DNA of 64,000 nucleotides. Source: Chrysemys picta bellii (taxonomy: Eukaryota). Within the stretch, counting starts at the first letter, position 1, and each line of letters starts with the position of its first letter. The notes beneath the pieces were generated by a model, which was not told the origin of the DNA, made no database searches, and saw only the letters and a list, made by a program, of their open reading frames with translations. The stretch spans positions 24,614,001-24,678,000 of the forward strand of contig NC_088807.1 in assembly GCF_011386835.1 (NCBI RefSeq), given 5' to 3'. The translations under genes and the position numbers were made by a program. Shown here piece by piece: positions 12,010 through 22,460 of this stretch.

Positions 12010-13520
12010 CCCGGTGGCGGGGGGCTGCGGGTCGGGAGTGAGGGGCACCGGCGGTGCCGGGGGGGGCTGCGGGTCGGGGGTGAGGGGCACCGGCGGTGCC
12101 GGGGGGGGCTGCGGGTCGGGGGTGAGGGGCACCGGCGGTGCCGGGGGGGCTGCGGGTCGGGAGTGAGGGGCACCGGCAGGGCAGGGCTGGAGGAGGGCTG
12201 TGGGTCGGGGGTGAGGGGCACCGGCGGTGCCGGGGGGGGCTGTGGGTCGGGAGTGAGGGGCACCGGCGGTGCCGGGGGGGCTGCGGGTCGGGGGTGAGGG
12301 GCACCGGCGGTGCCGGGGGGGGCTGCGGGTTGGGAGTGAGGGGCACCGGCGGTGCCGGGGGGGCTGTGGGTCGGGGGTGAGGGGCACCGGGGGGGGCTGT
12401 GGGTCGGGAGTGAGGGGCACCGGCGGTGCCGGGGGGGGCTGCGGGTCGGGAGTGAGGGGCACCGGCGGTGCCGGGGGGGGCTGCGGGTCGGGAGTGAGGG
12501 GCACCGGCGGTGCCGGGGGGGGCTGCGGGTCGGGAGTGAGGGGCACCGGCGGTGCCGGGGGGGGCTGCGGGTCGGGGGTGAGGGGCACCGGCGGTGCCGG
12601 GGGGGCTGCGGGTCGGGGGTGAGGGGCACCGGCGGTGCCGGGGGGGCTGCGGGTCGGGAGTGAGGGGCACCGGCGGTGCCGGGGGGGCTGTGGGTCGGGG
12701 GTGAGGGGCACCGGGGGGGGCTGTGGGTCGGGAGTGAGGGGCACCGGCGGTGCCGGGGGGGGCTGTGGGTCGGGAGTGAGGGGCACCGGCGGTGCCGGGG
12801 GGGGCTGTGGGTCGGGAGTGAGGGGCACCGGCGGTGCCGGGGGGGCTGTGGGTCGGGGGTGAGGGGCACTGGCGGTGCCGGGGGGGGGCTGCGGGTCGGG
12901 GGTGAGGGGCACCGGCGGTGCCGGGGGGGGCTGCGGGTCGGGAGTGAGGGGCACCGGCGGTGCCGGGGGGGCTGCGGGTCGGGGGTGAGGGGCACCGGCG
13001 GTGCCGGGGGGGGGCTGCGGGTCGGGGGTGAGGGGCACCGGCGGTGCCGGGGGGGCCTGTGGGTCGGGAGTGAGGGGCACCGGCGGTGCCGGGGGGGCTG
13101 CGGGTCGGGGGTGAGGGGCACCGGCGGTGTCGGGGGTGAGGGGCACCGGCGGTGCCGGGGGGGCTGCGGGTCGGGGGTGAGGGGCACCGGCGGTGCCGGG
13201 GGGGGGCTGCGGGTCGGGAGTGAGGGGCACCGGCGGTGCCGGGGGGGGCTGCGGGTCGGGGGTGAGGGGCACCGGCGGTGCCGGGGGGGCTGCGGGTCGG
13301 GGGTGAGGGGCACCGGCGGTGTCGGGGGTGAGGGGCACCGGCGGTGCCGGGGGGGCTGCGGGTCGGGGGTGAGGGGCACCGGCGGTGCCGGGGGGGGGCT
13401 GCGGGTCGGGGGTGAGGGGCACCGGCGGTGCCGGGGGGGCTGCGGGTCGGGGGTGAGGGGCACCGGCGGTGCCGGGGGGGCTGTGGGTCGCGGGTGAGGG
13501 GCACCGGCGGTGCCGGGGGG
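12010..13520. repeat. About 40-bp G-rich minisatellite (GCGGGTCGGGAGTGAGGGGCACCGGCGGTGCCGGGGGGGGCT) in ELK1 5' intron
   Basis: About 35-40 near-perfect copies. The core GGTCGGGAGTGAGGGGCACCGGC is also dispersed at 15590, 22750, 32195, 36975 and 59620. Confidence 0.95.
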
Positions 13521-13561
13521 GGTCAGGCCCCTGTCCCACGCTCTCCCCGCCCCCCGCAGTC

Positions 13562-15917
13562 ATGGACCCCTCGGTGACGCTCTGGCAGTTCCTGCTGCAG
13601 CTGCTGGAGCAGCAGACCAACGGGCACCTGATCGCCTGGACGTCGGGCGACGGCGAGTTCAAGCTGGTGGACGCCGAGGAGGTGGCCCGGCTCTGGGGGC
13701 TGCGCAAGAACAAAACCAACATGAACTACGACAAGCTCAGCCGTGCCCTGCGCTACTACTACGACAAGGTGACCCCGCCCCTGCCAGGACCCGGGCGTCT
13801 GGGCCCCGCCCTCCCCGAGCCGGGAGAGAACCCAGGAGTCCGGGCTCCCAGCCCCCCCCCACTCTCATCACTAGCCCCCACTCCCCTCCCAGAGCCGGGA
13901 GAGAACCCAGGAGTCCTGGCTCCCAGCCCCCCCTGCTCTAACCACTAGACCCCATTCCCCTCCCCGAGCCGGGGAGAGAACCCAGGAGTCCTGGCTCCCA
14001 GCCCCCCCTGCTCTAACCACTGGTCCCCACTCCCCTCCCAGAGCTGGGGAGAGAACCCAGGAGTCCTGGCTCCCAGCCCCCCCTGCTCTAACCACTGGCC
14101 CCCACTCCCCTCCCAGAGCTGGGGAGAGAACCCAGGAGTCCTGGTTCCAACCCCCCCCCACTCTATCCTCTCTCTTTCCAGAACATCATCCGGAAGGTCA
14201 ACGGGCAGAAGTTCGTCTATAAATTCGTCTCGTACCCGGAGCCAGCCGGCGCGGAGGGGGCCCGGGAGGAAGGGATGCTCCGGCGGGTGGAACCGGCCCT
14301 GACCGAGTCCCGGCTGGGGGAGGGGAGCTCCGGGCCCCCCAAGTCCCTGCGTGGGGGGAGCGTCCCCCGGAGTAGCCGTAATGAGTACATGCGCTCGGGT
14401 CTGTACTCCACTTTCACCATCCAGTCGCTGCAGGCGGCCCCCCCAGGGCGAGCGCCCCGCCAGGATCCCCCAGCCCTCTGCAGCGAGCCCCTGGACCCCT
14501 CCGACCTGGCCCCCGGGAAGATGGAGGAGATTCCCCAGCTGGAGATCAGCATTGAAGAAGCAGACGAGAGCGAACCACTGCAGGTGAGGTGGCCCTGTCG
14601 CCCCACCCCAGAGGTGGCTGCATCTCAGCGCCGGGCGAGCCGTCCCCGGGCGGCGTCACGTGCGGCTGTTTCGCAGCTGCCCCGCCCCAGCACTGGCCGC
14701 ATTTCTCCCTCTTGCCCCCAGGTCTTTGTGGCGCCGGAGCCCCTGGATGCAGAGCGCCCCCCCCCAGAGGCGACGCCTCCGCGGGACCCCGGGCTGCGGC
14801 CGGTGGTGGTGAAAGTGGAGGCGGAGCGGGAGACGGAGGGGTCCCCGCTCCTGGTCCTGATCGACGCGGGGGTGAAGCAGGAAGCGCCTCCTGCCGAAGA
14901 GGCCCCCAGGGGGACGGAGGCGGAGCTCCTGGCGGGGGAGGGGCCTCAGGAGGAGAAGGGGGAGGGGGTGTCTGGGGGCGCCCCCAGCGAGGGGCACGGC
15001 CCGAAGGGGCGGAAGCCCAAGGACCTGGCGCTGCCCTCCCTGCCCGGGCAGGAGAAGATCAGCGCAGCCGGTAGCTCCCTGCTGGCGCCCGGCGGGGGAG
15101 CGGGCAGCGGGCTGACGCCAACCACCGTGATCTCCACACACGCACTAGTGAGTGGCTATGGGGCGGGGGCGGGGGAGGGGGCATGGGATCTGTGGGGGAG
15201 GTGCCTGGGGCCTAGGGGGAGGGATCTGTGGGTGGGGGAGCGGCCTGGGTGTGTGGGGAAGGATCTGAGGGTGGAGAAGGGGCCTGGGTGTGGGGGGAGG
15301 GATCTGTGGGTGGGGGCGGGGCTTGTGGTGGGGGTGGGGGCTGCAGGGTCTGGGGGATTGGAGGTAGGGAAGGGGTCCTTGGGTGGAAGGGGTTGTGGGG
15401 AGGGAGCTGGGGTTGGACGGGGGATGGGGTCTCTCTCTCTCACTCTCACCGCCCCCCTCTCCTGTGCAGACCCCCGTCCTGCTGACCCCCAGCTCCCTGC
15501 CACCCACCATCCACTTCTGGAGCACCCTGAGCCCCATCGCCCCACACAGCCCCGCCAAGCTCTCCTTCCAGGTATGCAGCGGGAGTGAGGGGCACCGGCA
15601 GGGCTCGGGGGGGGAGGGGGGGAGCCCATGGCTGGGCTAGTGGGGGACTGCAGGTCGGGAGTGAGGGGCACCGGCAGGGCTGGACTGGCACGGGGCTGCG
15701 GGTCGGGAGTGAGGGGCACCGGCAGGGCTGGGGGGAGCCCAGGGCTGGGCTAGCAGGGGGCTGTGGGTCGGGAGTGAGGGCTATGGTCAGTGGGTCACTC
15801 CCCCACCTCTCCCCACAGTTTCCTTCTAACTCTGGTGGGCAAATTCACATCCCCTCGCTGAGCGTGGACGGACTCTCCACTCCGGTCGTGCTGTCCCCGG
15901 GGCCCCAGAAGCCGTGA
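13562..15917 (+). CDS. ELK1: ETS transcription factor ELK1, complete CDS (about 411 aa); exons 13562-13768, 14182-14583, 14722-15147, 15470-15571, 15819-15917
   Basis: ETS domain [15 protein letters not shown]...[21 protein letters not shown]|[21 protein letters not shown]-box [20 protein letters not shown]-domain [12 protein letters not shown]-domain [34 protein letters not shown]|FP...[10 protein letters not shown]. All introns GT-AG, phase 0. Confidence 0.97.
13800..14160. repeat. About 67-bp minisatellite (GAGAACCCAGGAGTCCTGGCTCCCAG family) in ELK1 intron
   Basis: 5 tandem copies. Confidence 0.9.
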
Positions 15918-16589
15918 GTCCAGACATCCGTCCGTCCGTCTCTCTCCGCTGCTGGTGGAGCTTGCTGGGGCAGCGCCCGTTCCGCACCTGGATTCTTGTC
16001 CCAGCCCTGTGGGACTGTTTACCAGGGTGGCCGGATACGTCCGAATCCTGCTTCGGACCGAGAGCCCTGCTTGGTGTCAGCGGTGGGATGGGAGTTGGAG
16101 CACGCCGCCATTCCGCCTCTAGGGGGCGCAATGTGGGACATTCTCCTTGGTGCTCACTCGCCTGCCCCCCCCCGCATACACACACATCTTGGGCCTTGCA
16201 GCTCTGACCCCATGTTTCTGGGGTCGTTGTGTTTATTCCCAGCCCGGCTGGTTCAGGGTGTATTTTCGACGTGGAAGGATACGTCCCTCAGGGACTGGGG
16301 TGTGGTTCGGGCGCTAGTTGTGGGGGTGATTTTATTTATTACCCGGGGCCGCCTGGCCCTGGTTTGAAACCCTCCGTTGGTAGCCTTTGTCGGCCCTCCC
16401 CATGCCATAGCCTCCTCGTAGCTCCTCTTTGTGCGGGCTCTACGTCAGCCATCTTTGTTTCGAGAGGGTAGCCGAGTCGGCCATGTTTGTTGTGGCTGGA
16501 CAGGGTGTGTGTGTGTGTCTGTGTGTGTCTGTGTGTTGGTCATCTTTGTTTGCTGACATCACACACGCCGCTCATCCCCGTGGTTTCGG

Positions 16590-17200
16590 CAGAGGAAGAA
16601 GTCCTGTTCTTCACTTCTTGTTCCTTGATTTACTTCCTGGAGGTCAAAGGTCACCTCCTTGAGTTGCCGTAGAAGCGGCAGGCGGAGGAAGCCCCGCCCT
16701 AATTCCCTCCTGAAGGTTGAAGGTTGCCTGTTCGTCACCATGGAAACGGCCGAGAGGGAAGTCCCGCCCGCTGATTTCAGGGGCTGTTTCCTTCCTTGCA
16801 AAGCCTGTTTCCTTGATTTATTTCCTGACGATCAAAGGTCACCGTGGAAATGGCGGCAGAGGGGTCCCACCCCTCACACCTGTCACAGGGAGGATTCCTT
16901 CATTTGTCTCCCATTTGTTGCCCGGGAAATGACAGCCGAGGAAGTCCCGCCTTTTGAGGACAGTCGCCAGGGGCTCCCTTGACTTCCTGCCGGCCCACGA
17001 GCTCCGCAAAGGAGGAAGTTCTGCCCTGTTTCCACTCTGCTACTTCCTGTTCAAAGTGCGCTGATTCTGGGGAAGTGCCAAAGGAGGATGTCCCGCCTTA
17101 TTAATGTCTCATCTACTTCCTGTGAGTCAAAGGCCACCTATTCTGTGGACGGGGCAAAGGAGGAAGTCCCGCCCTTCTCGCTGCTGTTGACTTCCTGTTA
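16590..17200. promoter_or_regulatory. Degenerate 70-95 bp tandem array rich in ETS (GGAAGT/ACTTCC), GC-box and DR1 motifs, in ELK1 3'UTR or 3' flank
   Basis: GGAAGT at 16757, 16940, 17014, 17071, 17162; ACTTCC at 16632, 16982, 17042, 17115, 17190; perfect AGGTCA-A-AGGTCA at 16641-16653. Regulatory function is inferred, not shown. Confidence 0.5.
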
Positions 17201-18639
17201 GTCCCACAGGGGGCTGCACTGCATCATACGGGAAAGGGCTGCCTTGTCTTCTTGTTTTGATACCAAAATTTTCCGGGGCTGTGAGCTTCTTGCTCGAGAT
17301 ATAGATCTATATTTTTGTGGGGCCATCCCAAGGGGCCGAAATTTCCAAATGTCATTATTTAGCGCCCCGCGGGATTCCCAGCTCCTTTCTATTTTTCAGA
17401 GAGTATATTGATATTATTGAGCTATGTGCATTGAGCATATACAAATCTACAGGGCTTGGCGCTAATTACCTGCTGGGCCGTCTTTTTTAATATATAAAAT
17501 GGTTCTATTTTTGAATGGGGAAGAGGGAGGGCTGGAGGGGGTGGAAGTGACCACCCTAGATTTCAGGGCGGGATTTGGAGACCGATTGGAGGCAGTAACG
17601 CGAGGCCGAGCGCTTAATTTCCGTCCCCATGGTGTAGATCGGGGGACGCCGTCGCTGCTGGTGTTAACGGAGCAAGACTTCTCAGGGAAGGTGGCGTCAG
17701 CTGAATGAGGGCGGGAGGGGGGTGTAATTAGACGGCAGTTGTTGGCCGTGGCCCCGTTGTCTCGCTCATTGGCCAACAGACACCTTTGTGCTTGAAAGGC
17801 AGCGTCGGCCACCTCTCTGAGGTGACCCTCCTCCTTCCCCTCGGGGCGGTTTTGAACCGTCGTAATCATGCTGGTTTGCACTGGCAAGGCCCCTCGGCTC
17901 TGCCCATCTCTGCCCGGCGCATCAGGCACTTTGGACGACCTGTGACACCCTGGCGAGGCACCCAGGAGCGGCTTCATGCACGAGCCATGGCTGAGCCTGG
18001 AGCCAAGAACGGGGAGGCCAGGAGGGTGCCGAGGAATGGGCTCCGGCGACGCCCCGGCTGAGACACGCAAACCATGAGTCGAACACGTGCTGTGAGGCCA
18101 ACATGGATGAGCCATGAATAAAACACATGCAACACATGAGTAAACCACAAGGAGCATGCGTGTAAACCATGGATCAATCACGTGTGACAACAGGAGGAAG
18201 TCATGAGTAAGCCATGTGTAAACCACGTGTAAACCATGTGTAATCCATGAGTAAACCACAAGTAACTCATGAGCAGAACACGTGCTGCCGAGGGTCGGCC
18301 ATGAGCGGACCCCGTGTGCTCTCTGTGCCGGCTCGCCGGGTTTTCAGAGCTGTTCTCTGCTGTTGGGGAGAGGCCCTGGCCCTGTTTTTACCCCCTGCAC
18401 CTACCCCATGGGGGTTGCCAGCTGCCGCACCCTGGCGCGGCCACCGTCCCAAAGCCGCAATGTGGGGCGGTTGAGCTGTTTAGTTTCCTGTGGGGCAAGG
18501 ACGGAGCTGTTGGGGGGGCGGTGGCCGGGGGGGCGGGCAGTGGGGACCCGGGCCTGGCTGGCGACTGACGTGGCTTGGAGATTTCCAGCCTGGGGAATTT
18601 ATCTAACCATGTATTGACATTGGGCCAGTATGGGGATTG

Positions 18640-18870
18640 GAGCCGGGGATCCTACCGTGGTGTGCGGGAGTGGATCCTGGGATCCTACCACGCCGTGGGG
18701 GAGTGGATCCCGGGATCCTGCTGCGGTCTGCAGGAGTGGATCCTGGGATCCCACCATGCAATGTGGGAGTGGATCTCGGGATCCCACCACACTCTGCGAG
18801 TAGATCCTGGTATCCCAGGTACCATGTGGGAGCTGATCCCAGGATCCTGCCGTGCTGGGGTGGATCCAAA
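18640..18870. repeat. About 30-bp degenerate tandem repeat with GGATCC cores
   Basis: GGAGTGGATCC(T/C)GGGATCC units, about 7 copies. Confidence 0.75.
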
Positions 18871-19019
18871 GGCAGCAGCCCCCCCCCATCTGTTCTTTCC
18901 CATCCATGTCCCTGTCTCTGCCTTGTTAACCCCCCCGAGCCTCCCCCCCTTTGTCCTCCCTCAGGCTGGGGTGGGGCACCTGCTCGGTGCGACGACTCCC
19001 CCTGGTGACCTGCCCTGTA

Positions 19020-19025
19020 AATAAA
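19020..19025 (+). terminator. Candidate distal ELK1 polyadenylation signal
   Basis: AATAAA followed by T-rich sequence; implies a 3'UTR of about 3.1 kb. Confidence 0.45.
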
Positions 19026-19794
19026 TCTATTTTTAAACGATCTAATCGGCCTCCTTTGTCTCATGGGGGGAGGGGGGAATGTTCGGCCTCCTTTGTCTCA
19101 TGGGGGGGGGATGTGGGTCAGGACCCTGGCAGAGGGGTGGGCAGTGGGGGGGCATGAAGCAACTGGACAGGTTGGCAGTGCGGGGTGGGGACCGAGATGG
19201 TCAGGGCCTTGGTGGGGGGCAGGGATGAACTGGGGGGGGGGCAGTGCTGTGGGAAATGGCTGGAGGTTACTGACCCTCCCCCCCCCCCCCCGGTCTGTCC
19301 ACTCCCGGCCTCAAGCCCCTTGTCATGGCAGGGGCATGGCTGGGCCTGGGGCGACCGCGGGTGTGGGGCCCCCAATGTGGGGGGCAGGGGGGAGTGCCAG
19401 CCGTTTGGTGTCACGGAGAGCGCCGGGGGGGGGGGGCAGACATTTACTGCCGGGCCCCACAGGCCAGCAGCATCTCTGTCCCTGACCAGTGGGCTGGGTT
19501 TGTAGATGGCTCAGCGCTGGGTCCGGATTGGGGGGGCCGTTCTCAGGCAGGGCTGGGCTGGCAGTGGGCTGCAGGTCGGGAGCGAGGAGCACCGGCGGAG
19601 CTGGGGGCGGGGGATCTCATTTCTCACCCTCCCCCCCGCCCCCCTCCCAAGCCAGCCAATCTGGCTGGGAGCAGGTGCCCCCTAGAGGGGCAGTCTGGCC
19701 CCACGGCTCTGAGCAGGGCAAGGCAGGGGAGGGGGGGTACCATCTCCTGAATGACCCAGACAAAACCCCACATTTCTTCTTCCAACTCCAGAGC

Positions 19795-19800
19795 TTTATT
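19795..19800 (-). terminator. Candidate polyadenylation signal of the LRRN-like gene
   Basis: TTTATT on + (AATAAA on -), about 285 bp beyond the stop codon at 20084. Confidence 0.55.
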
Positions 19801-20083
19801 CGGCAGCCTCCAGCGGCTCCATCACCTCATCCCTTGGTCCTGGGCGGGGGGGGGTCCCACTTCCCTTCCCCCCTCCCCCGGCGCCTGGCTGCAACAACTC
19901 CGTGGCGAGGCCTTGGGAAAGACGCGCCTTTGTGCTACTTCTGTGTGTGTGTGTGGGTACAGATGGGGCAGCTCCCCCTTGACACCCCAAATATAGGCCG
20001 GGGGGGGGTGCGTGGAGGCAGGGTTTGGGGCAGTGATGTCCCCCCGCCCCTTCCAAATTTTTGCATGTGTCTCCTGCCCGGGT

Positions 20084-21956
20084 TCAGGGCTGCCAAAGGC
20101 ATGTCTTGGAGGTGTCGATGTGGGAGGCTGTCGGGGGGTCTCCCTCCGCCTCTCCCAGGCTGAAGGGGGGGGGATAGAGCTCGCCGAGCAGGAGGGCGGC
20201 CGGGGACTGTCGGTAAGGCTTGAGGGCAGCCCGGCAGCCCAGTTCCCGCAGCCACCGGCCGGCGTAGCAGGCCAGCATCACCGCGCACAGGGCCACCAGC
20301 AGCGAGCCCGTCATGGCCGCCAGGGCCACGCCCCCCGGCCCCCGCCCGGCCAGCCCCAGCCCCGCCGTGGTCACGTTCAGGCAGGCCCGCTGCGTGCCTG
20401 GGGACGCCGGAGCAGAGGCAGTTGCGAGGGAGAAGTCCTCGGTCGCTCGGGAGGATGCCGGGATTGCCGTGGCGGATACGGTTGCTAAGGAAGATGCAGC
20501 AGTTGCCAGAGAGGATCCGGTTGCTAGGGAGGCGGCGGTTGCTAGGGAGGAGGTGGTTGCTGCGGAGAAGGATCCGGTTGCTAGGGAGGCGGCGGTTGCT
20601 GTGGAGAAGGATGCGGTTGCTAGGGAGGCCGGTGCGCCGGAGGATGCTGTTGCTATGGCGGAGGGCGTTGCCGCGGTGGCCGGGGTGGGCGTCTCCGTGG
20701 CCACCAGGCTCAAGCAGATCTCGTAGTGCGTGGCCGGCTGCAGGTGCGTCAGGTTGACCTGCCGGTAGTCCAGCGGCACCTGGGCCGTGTAGCTGAGGTG
20801 GGGGCTGTGGATGTGCACGGTGGCCGAGGTCCAGTGGGGGCCGGGGGGCTAGCGAGGCTCTGGGGGGGGCCCATGGAGACCAGTCCCCCCCAGTCCACTC
20901 CACCACCACAAAATGGGACTGGACCTTCTTCGTGAGCAAGGCTGGACCGCCCCTGCCGCCCCCCTTCCCCCCTGGCCTCCCCGCCGCGCCCCCCAGCACC
21001 TCCAGCATCAGGGCGCGGCTGGCCGAGCCCGCCTCGTTCCGCGCCACGCAGGTGTACTGCCCGGCATGGGCCGGTCCCACCCCGACCAGCTCCAGGCCCC
21101 CCCGGCCTGTCCCGAGCCGGCCAGCCTCTCCCCGGCCGGCCCCAGCCAGGAGATCTCCGGGGGTGGCTCGGCGCTGGCCGGGCAGCTCAGGGTCACGGAG
21201 CCGCCGGGCGCCACCACCAGCCTCTCAGGCCAGCCCCGAGGGGGGAACGCCGGGGGGCAGCCCCGGCTCCCGCTGCCCTGCAGCCCCGCCCGCAGCTCCC
21301 CGATGGGGTTCTCATTCAGGTCCCGGAACCTGAGCTGGGGCAGGCGGCGCAGGGCGGGCGCCGGCACCCGGGCCAGCCGGTTGCGGAAGAGCGAGAGGCT
21401 CTCCAGCCCCTGGAAGGCCTCGGCCGGTAGGTCCCGCAGCCCCAGGCCGGCCAGGCCCAAGCTCTGCAGCCGCCCCAGGGGCCGGAAGCCGCCCGCCTCC
21501 AGCCGGGCGATGGGGTTCTCGCCGAGCATGAGGATCTCCAGGCGGGTCAGGGGCAGGGGCGGGAACCAGCCGGGGTCCACAGCCCGCAGCCGGTTGGCGT
21601 TGAGGTGCAGCCGCAGCAGCCGGGCCAGGCCGGTGAAGGCCGAGCAGGCGATGGAGACCAGGCGGTTGTGATTCAGGTACAACTCCTCCAACGCCGCCAG
21701 CCCCCGCAGGCAGCCCGCGGGCAGCTCCTCCGGCCGGTTCTCCTCCAGGTAGAGGGTGAGGAGGCGGGGCAGGCCGGCGGGGGGCAGGCGGGGCAGGCCG
21801 GCGGGGGGCAGGCGGGGCAGGCCGGCGGGGGACAGGTGGGGCCAGGCCGGCGGGGGGCAGGCTGCCGGGCGGTTCTGGGACAGGTCCAGCTCGGTCTGGC
21901 TGGGCAGGCGCCGGAGCTCGCCGGAGAGCCGGGCGATCTGGTTGCCCCGGGGGCAT
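20084..21956 (-). pseudogene. Leucine-rich repeat neuronal protein 1-like (LRR-Ig-FN3-TM), degenerate or frameshifted
   Basis: LRRs TELDLSQN...LTLYLEEN...LEELYLNHN...LRLHLNAN...LEILMLGEN...LESLSLFRN; Ig VTLSCPASAEPPPEISW...YTCVARN; FN3 SPHLSYTAQVPLDYRQVNLTHLQPATHYEICL...ACLNVTT; TM ALAAMTGSLLVALCAVMLACYA; tail LGELYPPPFSL...HIDTSK resembles LRRN1 LNELYPPLINL...QVDTSR. Two frameshifts (near 21100 and about 20840-20890), internal LRR/LRRCT deletion, no signal peptide found. Confidence 0.8.
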
Positions 21957-22029
21957 CTGGGAAAGAGGGAGGGGGACATCTATGGACACCGGCATGGAGA
22001 GCCCCCCCACAGCGCTCCACGGGAGACTG

Positions 22030-22460
22030 CCCCCTGCCCAGCCCCCCTGCCGCACCCCCTGGCCTGCTCCCCGCCCCCCAGCTCCCCGCAGTGCCCAGCC
22101 CTGACTGCCAGAGGAGAGTCCCCTGCCCAGCCCCCTGACCCTGCCCCACAGCGCCCCCTAGTGCCCAGCTCTGACTACCAGGGGAGGGCGCCCCCTGCCC
22201 AGCCCCTGACCCTCCTCCCCGCCCCACGGCGCCCCCCAGCATCCAGCCCTGCCTGCCAGGGGAGAGACCCGTGCTGAGCCCCCTGCCCCTGCCCCACAGC
22301 GCCCCCTAGTGCCCAGCCCTGCCTGCTAGGGGAGAGCAACCCCTGCCCAGTCTCCCACTCAGCCCCTCGCCCCACGGCACCCCCCAGTGCCCAGCCCTGC
22401 CTGCCAGGGGAGAGCCCCATGCTGAGCCCCCTGCCCCGCGGTGCCCCCCAGCGCCCAGCC
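22030..22460. repeat. C-rich minisatellite (CCCAGCCCTGACTGCCAGGGGAGAG family) replacing the expected LRRN 5' coding region
   Basis: Reverse complement of the 7620-8395 unit, about 7 copies. Confidence 0.8.

Noticed and set aside
10603-13722. 500+ aa Pro/Gly-rich ORFs on both strands
   Set aside because: Products of stop-poor GC minisatellites in the ELK1 5' introns.
14275-15588. 437-aa ORF as a single-exon gene
   Set aside because: It is ELK1 exons 2-3 read through two introns; splice sites and homology define the real structure.
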